Below, one piece after another: positions 49,549 through 58,760 of a stretch of 64,000 nucleotides of DNA. The position numbers and the translations under genes are program-made. The stretch covers positions 47,384 through 111,383 of the forward strand of contig DYDB01000001.1 in the NCBI GenBank assembly GCA_020718085.1, written 5' to 3'. This DNA comes from Micavibrio sp. GTDB lineage: Bacteria; Patescibacteriota; Minisyncoccia; Moranbacterales; GCA-2747515. How positions within the stretch are numbered: position 1 is the first letter of the stretch; each line of letters starts with the position of its first letter. The notes beneath the pieces are model-generated. The model was not told where the DNA came from. It made no database searches and saw only the letters and a program-made list of their open reading frames with translations.

Positions 49549-50589
49549 ATGGCTGAAGCGGGCGCAAAACGTTCAAAAAAAACTGTTGCGGTAGGGAAGA
49601 TGTATCGGATTATCGATCCATCAGCCACTATTGCTTCTCATCTCGATGGTAAATCAGTTGAAGAACGTATTGAAGAGTGTGGACGGATTTGCTACAAAAC
49701 AGAAGATAAAATTACGGGGATGTCTGCAATCGGTTTTGGACGAAAAATGGTTGTGGATATGCATAACTCCGTTTTGGAAATGGCAGTGGTGACATATCAT
49801 GTACTTGCGATGGGTGATGTGCGCAAGTTGCGTGAGGTGTCGAAGTATGTGGTCATCGACGAATATGAAGAGGGCTATCTCATCACAGGAAGTATTCGTG
49901 CATTTCGTGAAGCATATATGTTGTGTCCGCAAGATACACTGATCAAGGGTCTTGTGCATGCTGTTGCAAAGCGTCACCCGATCTTTTTTGAAGACATGGT
50001 TTTGGGTGGTGACAATCGCATGGAGCAACTCATCGAAAAAGTCGAGCTCAACATGCTTGATGGAGAGATCAGAGCGTCATCTCCCAAGCTGTGGCGCAGG
50101 CATCGATTTGTCGCAGTGAAATTCATTGTCAATCGTGCTGTGACGCATGAACTTGTCAGGCATCGTCCGTGCGCATTTTTGCAAGAAAGCCAACGGTATT
50201 GCAATTATGGGCAGGATCGGTTCGACAGGTTGGTGACGTTTATCAAGCCACTGTTCTTTCCAAAAGGAACACCAGAATACAGTGAGTGGTTGAGGTCAGT
50301 GAGATTTTCGGCAAAACAGTATCTCAAACTTCTCGAAACATCATCGCCACAAGCAGCGCGTACCGTTCTGATCAATAGTTGCAAGACGGAGATCATTGTT
50401 TTTTGCAATATCGTGCAATGGAACCATATACTGCACATGCGTACAAGTCCGGCAGCAGAGCCATCAATGCGTGAAGTAATGATCCCGCTGCAGGCACAAA
50501 TGCGTGAGCTTTTCTCGGGAGAATCGTTTGATAAGCGCTCTCCTGAAGGCTTCCTCGTCTCGAAGGAAGAAGCGGAAGTTGAGGCATAA
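49549..50589 (+). CDS. thyX: FAD-dependent thymidylate synthase (long form)
   Basis: GRICYK, HNSVLEM, ELVRHRPCAFLQESQRY ThyX motif; SD AAGGAG. Confidence 0.92.
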   Translation: MAEAGAKRSKKTVAVGKMYRIIDPSATIASHLDGKSVEERIEECGRICYKTEDKITGMSAIGFGRKMVVDMHNSVLEMAVVTYHVLAMGDVRKLREVSKYVVIDEYEEGYLITGSIRAFREAYMLCPQDTLIKGLVHAVAKRHPIFFEDMVLGGDNRMEQLIEKVELNMLDGEIRASSPKLWRRHRFVAVKFIVNRAVTHELVRHRPCAFLQESQRYCNYGQDRFDRLVTFIKPLFFPKGTPEYSEWLRSVRFSAKQYLKLLETSSPQAARTVLINSCKTEIIVFCNIVQWNHILHMRTSPAAEPSMREVMIPLQAQMRELFSGESFDKRSPEGFLVSKEEAEVEA

Positions 50590-50732
50590 GCGTAAGAAAA
50601 ATAATGTTGTAGATAAAGCCGCCCATGGGAACACCTGTGGGCGGTCATTTTTTAAATAATTGAATAGTTACCTTTGAATATTATGGAAAAAGTGCTAGAA
50701 TAACGGGGTTAATACTAAGTTTTATAAAAAAC

Positions 50733-51062
50733 ATGAATTTTACTGAATATCAAAATGAGTCGCGTAAAACGGCACTTTATCCCAATGTGGGGAATAATTT
50801 TGTGTATCCGACGCTTGGGCTTTCCGGGGAAGCAGGGGAAGTGGCAGATAAACTCAAAAAAACGATTCGTGACGATGGTGGTGTGTTGACAGAAGAAAAA
50901 AAACGAGAAGTTGGGAAAGAATTGGGTGATGTGCTCTGGTATGTGTCGCAAGTAGCATCAGAGCTCGAGTTGTCGCTTGATGAGATCGCGCAGAAAAATT
51001 TGGAAAAGCTGTTGTCACGTATGGATCGAGGTGTGATCAAGGGGAGTGGAGACAATAGATGA
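50733..51062 (+). CDS. MazG-like NTP pyrophosphohydrolase
   Basis: LGLSGEAGEV, ELGDVLWY, GSGDNR. Confidence 0.9.
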   Translation: MNFTEYQNESRKTALYPNVGNNFVYPTLGLSGEAGEVADKLKKTIRDDGGVLTEEKKREVGKELGDVLWYVSQVASELELSLDEIAQKNLEKLLSRMDRGVIKGSGDNR

Positions 51063-51184
51063 ATTACCCAATTCTAATTTCCAATTTTAAATTTTGAATG
51101 AAATTCAAATTTTAAAAAATTAAAACATTCATGATATTGACTTGAAATTCGAAATTTCGAATTCAAAATTAATTATAAAATCCT

Positions 51185-52663
51185 ATGACCACAAAATACA
51201 ATGTAACGATCGGTATGGAGATCCATGTGGAACTCAAAACAAAATCCAAAATGTTCTCCAGTGCGCCAAATCATTTGGGTATGGAAAAGACGCCAAATAC
51301 ATCAATTGACCCGGTAACGATGGCACAACCTGGTAGTTTACCGGTGCCGAACCGGCAAGCAATCGAATTTGTACAAAAAGCGGGGCTGGCATTGGAGTGC
51401 GAGATTGCTCGCAAAAGCAAATTCGATCGAAAAAATTATTTTTATCCCGATTTGCCAAAAGGATATCAAATTTCGCAATATGATATGCCGCTGTGTGAAC
51501 ATGGAAAGGTAATGATCGGTGACAAAGAAATTGGCATTACACGCATTCACATGGAAGAAGATACGGGTAAATCTACACATCCATCCGGCATGTCATATTC
51601 ACTTGTGGATCTTAATCGTGCAGGTGTGCCACTTATGGAGCTTGTAACTGAACCGGATATTACCAGTGGAGCGCAGGCAAGACTTTTTTGTCAGAAATTA
51701 CAGCAGATCTTTCGTTATATAGATATTGCCGATGCGGATATGGAAAAGGGACAGATGCGTTGTGAGGTGAATATTTCTCTTTACAAAAATGGTTCAGATC
51801 GCTTAAGTGGTCAAAAGGTGGAGATCAAAAATCTCAGCTCGTTCCGTGTTGTGGAAAGGGCCATTGATTATGAAATTGAAAGACAGACGAAAGCACTTGA
51901 GGGTAATGAGGTGATCGTACAGGAAACGCGCGGATGGGACGATGTAAAAGGCAAAACCGTGTCACAACGCAAAAAAGAAAATGCGCATGACTACCGTTAC
52001 TTCCCAGAACCGGATATTCCTCCGATGACGTTTACTGATGCATATGTGGAACAATTGCGTCGTACACTTCCAGAGTTGCCACGACAAAAGGAAGAACGTT
52101 TTACCGCAGAATATAATTTGAGTGCGCAAAATTGTGGTGTGATCACGGCTGATATTGACATGGCAAATTATTTTGAACAGGTGGTAAGTGAGATCATGGA
52201 TAAGAAAGCATCCGGAGAAATGCATGCGGATTCCGAAAAAACAATAAAACTTGCTGCAAACTATTTGGTGAGTGAGGTGCAGAAGCATCTCGTAAAGGAT
52301 GGACAAAGAATTAGTGAGACAAAAATATCTGCAGAAAATTTTGCAGAACTGATGGCGATCATTGCTGATGGCACGATCAACTCTTCTGCCGCACAGATCG
52401 TATTGGAAGAAATGTTCTATGGGGAAGAAGATGATCCGAGTCGCATCATCGAAGCAAAAAATCTTGCGCAAGTGTCGGACGTTGGTGCATTGGAGCAACA
52501 AGTTGATGAGGTGATCGCGTCAAATGAACAATCTGTTGTGGATTATAAAGCAGGGAAGGAAAATGCCATCAAATACCTTATGGGACAAGTAATGAAAGTA
52601 TCGGGAGGTAAGGCAAATCCGCAAATGGTGATGGAAATTCTTGTAAAAAAATTGGCTGAATAA
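51185..52663 (+). CDS. gatB: Asp/Glu-tRNA amidotransferase subunit B
   Basis: GMEIHVEL, RKNYFYPDLPKGYQISQ, DYRYFPEPD. Confidence 0.97.
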   Translation: MTTKYNVTIGMEIHVELKTKSKMFSSAPNHLGMEKTPNTSIDPVTMAQPGSLPVPNRQAIEFVQKAGLALECEIARKSKFDRKNYFYPDLPKGYQISQYDMPLCEHGKVMIGDKEIGITRIHMEEDTGKSTHPSGMSYSLVDLNRAGVPLMELVTEPDITSGAQARLFCQKLQQIFRYIDIADADMEKGQMRCEVNISLYKNGSDRLSGQKVEIKNLSSFRVVERAIDYEIERQTKALEGNEVIVQETRGWDDVKGKTVSQRKKENAHDYRYFPEPDIPPMTFTDAYVEQLRRTLPELPRQKEERFTAEYNLSAQNCGVITADIDMANYFEQVVSEIMDKKASGEMHADSEKTIKLAANYLVSEVQKHLVKDGQRISETKISAENFAELMAIIADGTINSSAAQIVLEEMFYGEEDDPSRIIEAKNLAQVSDVGALEQQVDEVIASNEQSVVDYKAGKENAIKYLMGQVMKVSGGKANPQMVMEILVKKLAE

Positions 52664-52670
52664 AATAGAC

Positions 52671-52815
52671 ACCCTCATCCGCCCTTCGGGCACCCTGCCT
52701 ACCGGACAGGCAGGCTTCTCCCATGGGGAGAAGGGGTAAGAAGAAAGAATAAGAGTAAGAAAATTTAAAAAACATTTAAGCCCCCTCTCCCTCTGGGAGA
52801 GGGTTGGGGTGAGGG
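52671..52815. repeat. REP-like family C pair (left flank of DUF559 gene)
   Basis: ACCCTCATCCGCCC...CTTCTCCC..GGGAGAAGG and CCCTCTCCCTCTGGGAGAGGGTTGGGGTGAGGG. Confidence 0.8.
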
Positions 52816-52847
52816 TGATAATGTAGATTTTTAGAGGTAAAGATCTT

Positions 52848-53198
52848 ATGTATAATACTTCTATCTCAAAAGCACAATTGTTACGTAAAAAACAAACGCC
52901 ACAAGAAATAAAAATGTGGGCGCGATTGCGCAATCGTCAGTTTCATGACTTAAAATTCCGTAGACAATGTGTGATCGGTCGATATATTGTGGATTTTCTT
53001 TGCATGGAAAGCAAACTAATTATTGAAATTGACGGATGGCAGCATAAGCAAGGATTTTCCGGAATTGAAGAAATTGAACGTACGAAATTTTTAGAAAAAG
53101 AGGGTTATCACATTGTGCGTTTTTGGAATAATGAGATCGATCAAAATATTGATGGTGTGTTCTTGCGGTTAGAGGAGGAAATTGATGATCGTCTTTGA
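52848..53198 (+). CDS. DUF559 / Vsr-like endonuclease
   Basis: LRKKQTPQE..MW..LR, FRRQ, YIVDF, IEIDGWQH, RFWN. Confidence 0.9.
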   Translation: MYNTSISKAQLLRKKQTPQEIKMWARLRNRQFHDLKFRRQCVIGRYIVDFLCMESKLIIEIDGWQHKQGFSGIEEIERTKFLEKEGYHIVRFWNNEIDQNIDGVFLRLEEEIDDRL

Positions 53199-53201
53199 TT
53201 A

Positions 53202-53325
53202 ACCCTCATCCGCCCCTTGGGCACCTTCTCCCATAGGAGAAGGGGTAAAAGGAAAAGTATTCTAAAAACACCCTCTCCCTCTGGGAGAGTCTGCCTGTCC
53301 GGTTGGCAGGGGCTGGAGTAAGGGT
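53202..53325. repeat. REP-like family C pair (right flank of DUF559 gene)
   Basis: Direct repeat of the left-flank pair. Confidence 0.8.
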
Positions 53326-53326
53326 G

Positions 53327-53905
53327 TTAAATTAACGCATTGATATGAAAAAAGTAGTAGATCGTACCAATTACTTCGTGTATGAAAAATTGGGGTTCTT
53401 TGAAATAGCGTCCGCGATAGTATGTGGCACGATGGAGGGAAAAGTTGGAGATGTTTTGTTGGTTGGCAAGTAGGGCAATGCGACCGAGATGAAAATCATT
53501 TGATACAAAAACAAAGCTTGTATTTTCCGGAAGATTTTTGATCGTTGCGCGCGTGTTGAGTCCGTTATAATCAGCAACGATCTTTTTTGACTCTATATTA
53601 TTTTTTTGTGCTAGTTTCTTCATAACATCCACTTCATGTGCGCCGTAAGTGGATGGTCCACCGGAAAAGATGAGGCACGATACTATTTTATTTTTATACA
53701 GATCAATGCCGGTCATGGTGCGATCGTATAATGCATGAGAGGGGATATTATCTTTCCATACAGCTGCGCCGAAAACAACAGCACAATCTTTGTGAGCAGT
53801 ATCTGCGGCTGTGTAATTTTTTAGTGTATAAAGCGCGCTCACTGTAATTACTGCAGTGATCATGACAATGCACACAATACAAATTTTGACGAATTTTTTT
53901 ATCAT
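53327..53905 (-). CDS. YdcF/SanA (DUF218) family protein
   Basis: VVFGA, FSGG, E..VM, G.NT, VSNDFHL.R. Confidence 0.88.
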   Translation of the reverse strand: MIKKFVKICIVCIVMITAVITVSALYTLKNYTAADTAHKDCAVVFGAAVWKDNIPSHALYDRTMTGIDLYKNKIVSCLIFSGGPSTYGAHEVDVMKKLAQKNNIESKKIVADYNGLNTRATIKNLPENTSFVFVSNDFHLGRIALLANQQNISNFSLHRATYYRGRYFKEPQFFIHEVIGTIYYFFHINALI

Positions 53906-53908
53906 GAT

Positions 53909-54859
53909 CTAATTCTTTAGAAATTTTTGCGAAAGTTCAATGGCATCTTCTTCCGTGGTAATACGTACAATTGGCGCACCTTGTTTCTCCCAGCGTCGAA
54001 TCCACGTCTCTTGTCTTTTGGCATAGCTTTTGAGATCACGGATCGTATGATCGCGCATGAGGTCAAATGAGATCTGTCCACGCACATAGCGTGTACACCA
54101 TTTATATTCCAAACCAAAACTTTCCAGGCGTGACCATGGTACGTGCAACATATGATGTGCATGAAGAATTTCATCAAATATGCCTGCATCGAACCATGTG
54201 TCCATGCGTTTTTCTATTCGCGTATGTAGTATATCGCGCGGATGGGAAAGTGCAATGATGAGATCGTTTTGAGGATCGATCGGAGTGCGTGTTTCTGATG
54301 GAACACGTCCAAGTGCCGATGCAATTTCAATTGCACGGATCAGTCGTACAGGATTGTGTGCATCAACTTTTTTTGCATAGACAGGATCGATCTCCGTTAA
54401 TTTTTGTAGTAGTTGTTCTAAGGTGTGCTTTTGAAGTACAGTGCGCAGTTTTGAATTTGGTAATACAGTGGGGAAAATGACGTTCTCCACAAGTGCCTGT
54501 GCCCAAAACATTGTGCCACCACAGATGATCGGAAGTTTGTTTCTTTTTTTAATATCATTTTGTATTTGTGTGGCTTTGCGGACAAATTTGGCGACATTGT
54601 ATGCAGTGTTCGGATGTACGATGTCGATCATATGATGGTATATATCATCGGATATATATACATATTTTTTTCGGTCGAGGAAATCAGTATATGGTGCAAG
54701 ATGCCCAGGTTCTTTGCCTGTGCCAATCGTAAGATCGCGGTAGATTTGTCGAGAGTCCGCACTGATGATTTCGCCGTTGAAATGCTTGGCCAGTGCAATG
54801 GCAACGTGAGATTTACCAGAGGCTGTTGGTCCAATGATAGTGATCCTTTTATTCCGCAT
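53909..54859 (-). CDS. miaA: tRNA dimethylallyltransferase
   Basis: GPTASGKS, ISADSRQIY, GGT, YAKRQ.TW. Confidence 0.95.
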   Translation of the reverse strand: MRNKRITIIGPTASGKSHVAIALAKHFNGEIISADSRQIYRDLTIGTGKEPGHLAPYTDFLDRKKYVYISDDIYHHMIDIVHPNTAYNVAKFVRKATQIQNDIKKRNKLPIICGGTMFWAQALVENVIFPTVLPNSKLRTVLQKHTLEQLLQKLTEIDPVYAKKVDAHNPVRLIRAIEIASALGRVPSETRTPIDPQNDLIIALSHPRDILHTRIEKRMDTWFDAGIFDEILHAHHMLHVPWSRLESFGLEYKWCTRYVRGQISFDLMRDHTIRDLKSYAKRQETWIRRWEKQGAPIVRITTEEDAIELSQKFLKN

Positions 54860-54977
54860 AGAAAAATTTTATTAAAAAATCATTGTGGATGAATGATAAT
54901 GGGTGATGTGTTTATATGCACAAAAAAAGGTTAGTCCACATTATTATAATGTGGACTAACCCATGAAAATGTCAAGG

Positions 54978-55664
54978 TTATTTGTGTATGCCGTTGATAA
55001 GAGTTTGTCTCTGATCTTCTACGAACGCGTTAATGGAATCAAAAATAGCACCCATGCCTTTGTCGATGACGGACAATATTTTGAGTTCATTATTTCCGTC
55101 GAGGGACAACATCGGTGTGATTGACCCAACTACGAGATGGCGAATGTCCAGTGCTTTAGCGATATGAAAAAAACCGGTGTGGAATTGTTGCATATCTCTT
55201 ATGCCACCTTCGGGAAAGATCACAATTGAACAATCGGTATCTTTGCTGAGAGATGAAATAATTTTTCCACACCTTCCTCCGGGAATGTGGGTGATTGGGA
55301 GATGCCATGTTTCTTGCATCGCAACTTGCCATCCGATGTCATGTGCCAATGTCACAAATCTTCGATTGCCGAGAGCTTCTCTCAAGAGTGCTTGTCGAAT
55401 GATCGGAAACCAAAACGACGGGAATTCACGAGTGTTCCCACCCTTGAGTCCGCTAATGTGTTCAGCTGGTAAGGTAAGCGTATCATCCGCAGCCGGATGG
55501 TTTGTGATGAACATCACTCGTGCATCTTCGGGTAAGTCGATTTTCTCAGCGCTTATATGTACAAATGTTTTTAGTTGTTGAATGAGTTGCTCAATGGTCA
55601 GAAGACCTCTGAAGTATTGATGCGAAAAATCCAGGTACAAATTTCTGGTGTGCGTACGTGACAT
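54978..55664 (-). CDS. PlsC-like (HX4D) acyltransferase
   Basis: FITNHPAADD, IVIFPEGG, F.TG. Confidence 0.7.
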   Translation of the reverse strand: MSRTHTRNLYLDFSHQYFRGLLTIEQLIQQLKTFVHISAEKIDLPEDARVMFITNHPAADDTLTLPAEHISGLKGGNTREFPSFWFPIIRQALLREALGNRRFVTLAHDIGWQVAMQETWHLPITHIPGGRCGKIISSLSKDTDCSIVIFPEGGIRDMQQFHTGFFHIAKALDIRHLVVGSITPMLSLDGNNELKILSVIDKGMGAIFDSINAFVEDQRQTLINGIHK

Positions 55665-55756
55665 GAGATCTCCAAAATTTTTGAATTGATGAAAAAAATG
55701 AAAAAAACGGTCGTATCTTGTGTTGTTAAGTCTACCAATGAATAAAATTCATTGTA

Positions 55757-56467
55757 TCAAACAACGATATTTTTGACAAGTTTTTGCACATCAAGAGGAT
55801 GTTCATCAAACCAATGATTGCTGTCAATGTTAGTTATATGGGAGCTTGGAAGCAGGGATGTGAGCGTGTCAACATTTTTTTTATCAATAATGTCATTTTT
55901 TGGATAAAAAATATGACATTCTTGTGTAACATTGCACAGATCATCAGTGATCATAAAGTTTTTATAGGCGTTGACCCATGGTTGATCGAGAAGTTTGACT
56001 TTTTTTTGAGATACTTTGCATAATACGGGATCTTGCGTTGAAAAAATGTGATCAATATCTGTAATATCAATGCGTGGCAAAATAATCTCGTTTAGAAAGA
56101 CTGCCGGTGCCGTCAAAATGATCTTTGTGTCTCGGTCAAATACTTTATGACACGCAAGGGCAATTGCACATCCCTGTGAATGTGCAACGATCACGATCTT
56201 ATTTTTGGGATAATGGTTTTGCAGACCTCGGAACTCACGCATTAAATGATCTTGCATTTCAATTGGATTCCACAGTTTTTGTTCATGGTCTTCATGACCA
56301 TAAAATGTGACGGTGTATACTGCATGATCATTAGCTACCAGTTCGCTTCGCAATTTATGCAGAAAGCCCTGCGTGTAATTTCCCAAAAAGCCGGGGACGA
56401 TCATATAGATCGGTTGTGAGTCGTCCCTTAGATGCCCAAAGATCTTTGATGGAACTTCGTGAATCAT
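55757..56467 (-). CDS. Alpha/beta hydrolase
   Basis: PGFLG, AHSQG nucleophile elbow, ND and NH catalytic candidates. Confidence 0.8.
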   Translation of the reverse strand: MIHEVPSKIFGHLRDDSQPIYMIVPGFLGNYTQGFLHKLRSELVANDHAVYTVTFYGHEDHEQKLWNPIEMQDHLMREFRGLQNHYPKNKIVIVAHSQGCAIALACHKVFDRDTKIILTAPAVFLNEIILPRIDITDIDHIFSTQDPVLCKVSQKKVKLLDQPWVNAYKNFMITDDLCNVTQECHIFYPKNDIIDKKNVDTLTSLLPSSHITNIDSNHWFDEHPLDVQKLVKNIVV

Positions 56468-56476
56468 AAAAAAATT

Positions 56477-58228
56477 TTATGAGAGTTTACTTATGAATGA
56501 TGTAAGAGCAACAACACCTTCGTCACCATTATCGCGTGAGCGCACCGAAACAGTTTTATCGGCAACCTCTTTTTCACCAACAACGAGAATATAAGGCATC
56601 TTTTCTTTTTCTGCCAAGCGAATGCGTTTACCGAGAGTTTCAGATTGGTCATAAAGTTCAGTACGAAATTCCGCTTCAGAAAGTGCATCGCATACACTTT
56701 TGCCATAATCATTGAATTTTTCTGATACAGGGATCACGGCGATTTGCACGGGGGAGAGCCAGAGAGGGAATGCGCCGGCAAAGTGTTCAATGATGACCGA
56801 AAGAAATCGTTCAAGTGATCCTGCAATTGCACGGTGGATCATGACGGGTGTTTGTTTGCTGTTCGCTTCATCAGTATATTCCAAACCAAATCGTTCCGGC
56901 ATGACAAAATCAAGCTGTGCTGTTGCCAATTGCCACTCGCGACCGATTGCATCACGGAACATGAAATCCAATTTTGGTCCATAGAATGCTGCTTCACCCT
57001 CAACGCGTTTGTAGGGCAGATTTTCTTTTTGTGCAATTTCCTCCAAAGTTTTTTCTGCCACGTCCCATTTTGTAGGATCGCCCAAATACTTTTCCGGTGT
57101 TTGCGGATCGCGTACAGACACGGAAACCCAATAATCACCGTCATTGAACATGTTGAGTGAGGTATAAAAATCCTTGATCACAGAAACAATGCCTCCAACC
57201 TCGGATTCAATTTGTTGTGGTGTGCAAAATACGTGACCATCATCCTGAGAGATCGATCGCACGCGAGAGAGTCCCAGTAGTTCACCTGCTTGTTCATCAC
57301 GATACACCATTGTGGTTTCCATAAAACGGACTGGCAAGTCACGATAAGATCGCTGACGAGCAGCATAAATTTGCGTATGGTGCGGACAGTTCATGGGTTT
57401 CATGACAAATTCCTGATCTGATTGACCCTTGACTTTGAATAGTTCATCACCAAATTTTGCCCAATGACCTGATGTTTCGTAGAGATCTTTTTTTGTAATG
57501 TGAGGGATCGTTACTTTCTGATAGCCAAACTTTTTTTGGAGGGTTTGAATTTTTTCAACGATCAGATCGCGCAGCAACGTTCCTTTTGGTGTAAAAAGGG
57601 GAAGTCCGCCACCAACGAGCTCGGAAAATGTAAAGAGGTCCAACTCTTTGCCAAGCTTGCGATGGTCTCGTTTTTTTGCTTCTTCGATTTGTGTGAGATG
57701 TGCATCCAATTCTTCCTTTGTATCAAAAAGTATGCCACAAATGCGGGTGAGCTGTTCGCGCTTCTCGTCGCTTTTCCAGTATGCGCCGGCAAGTCGGGTA
57801 ATTTTGAGTGCAGAGGCATCGATCTCTCCGCTGTTCTCTACATGTGGACCGCGACAAAGATCTGCAAAATCTTTGGATGTATATATGGACACAATGGTCT
57901 CACCCCCTTGTGCCAGATCATCGATGATCTCCACTTTATATTTTTGACCTAATGCAGAAAATTTTTCTTTTGCATCAGAAATGGACATCTCGGATCGCTC
58001 AAAGGAAATTTTTTGTCCGATCAGTTTTTTCATGCGTTTCTCGATCTGTTTGAGATCTGATTCCGTGAGAGGTTCTGCAGTTTCAACGTCATAATAGAAA
58101 CCATCGTCTACAACCGGCCCGATACCAAAGAGGGCATCTGGTCGTATTTGTTTGATTGCCATTGCAAGGAGATGCGCTGCGGAGTGGCGTTTTTTATTTA
58201 ATTCTTCTGATGGATGTTGTGAACACAT
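56477..58228 (-). CDS. thrS: Threonyl-tRNA synthetase (lacking TGS domain)
   Basis: RHSAAH, DLCRGPH, RDHRKLG, KPMNCP, FYGPKLD. Confidence 0.97.
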   Translation of the reverse strand: MCSQHPSEELNKKRHSAAHLLAMAIKQIRPDALFGIGPVVDDGFYYDVETAEPLTESDLKQIEKRMKKLIGQKISFERSEMSISDAKEKFSALGQKYKVEIIDDLAQGGETIVSIYTSKDFADLCRGPHVENSGEIDASALKITRLAGAYWKSDEKREQLTRICGILFDTKEELDAHLTQIEEAKKRDHRKLGKELDLFTFSELVGGGLPLFTPKGTLLRDLIVEKIQTLQKKFGYQKVTIPHITKKDLYETSGHWAKFGDELFKVKGQSDQEFVMKPMNCPHHTQIYAARQRSYRDLPVRFMETTMVYRDEQAGELLGLSRVRSISQDDGHVFCTPQQIESEVGGIVSVIKDFYTSLNMFNDGDYWVSVSVRDPQTPEKYLGDPTKWDVAEKTLEEIAQKENLPYKRVEGEAAFYGPKLDFMFRDAIGREWQLATAQLDFVMPERFGLEYTDEANSKQTPVMIHRAIAGSLERFLSVIIEHFAGAFPLWLSPVQIAVIPVSEKFNDYGKSVCDALSEAEFRTELYDQSETLGKRIRLAEKEKMPYILVVGEKEVADKTVSVRSRDNGDEGVVALTSFISKLS

Positions 58229-58289
58229 ATTTTTTTAATTAAGATTTAATAATGAATAATTAATAATGAGCGCTATCATTTTTCTAAAA

Positions 58290-58470
58290 GAAAAATGAAA
58301 AAGCACCAACAACAACTACTGCAAACTTTGTACTGAGACCCCTTCTAGAGGGGCGGTTCCACTCAGTTTCCCGTTTTTGTTGTGGGCGCTCTTTGGTGTG
58401 TATCTTACGTGTACACCGTCTACGCTCGCTCTGCAGGTTGGTAGGCTGCATCAAACGCGTGTATGTGATT
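58290..58470 (-). promoter_or_regulatory. T-box riboswitch (Thr) upstream of thrS
   Basis: Minus strand: ACTGAG-TGGAACC-GCCCCT(CTAGA)AGGGGT-CTCAGT antiterminator (58332-58367); candidate ACC specifier upstream. Confidence 0.8.
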
Positions 58471-58550
58471 GTGATCCTATTCTTACATAATACATAGATA
58501 GATGTCAAATGAATGAACTTGAAACTTTTCACTTTTTTTCAAAAAAACCT

Positions 58551-58650
58551 TGTCATTGCGAGAAGCGTAGCAACGAAGCAATCTTGAGCATTAAACAAAA
58601 CTACAACATATCTGAATGAGATTTCTTCGTCGTTCCTTCTCGCAATGACG
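58551..58650. repeat. REP-like family B
   Basis: TGTCATTGCGAG...ACGAAGCAATCT / GAGATTTCTTCG...CTCGCAATGACG. Confidence 0.8.
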
Positions 58651-58669
58651 GCTGCTTTATTACAAACAA

Positions 58670-58756
58670 TTGACGATTTAATATTATTTTGGTATAATGC
58701 TTTTTCTGTTAAGGGTGGATAAAATCAACGTTCTTTAATTTAAACGTGTTGGAGGT
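58670..58756 (+). promoter_or_regulatory. sigma70 promoter + boxA-like motif + SD
   Basis: TTGACG(58670)-17-TATAAT(58693); CGTTCTTTAATT 58729-58740; GGAGGT 58751-58756. Confidence 0.72.
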
Positions 58757-58760
58757 AATC

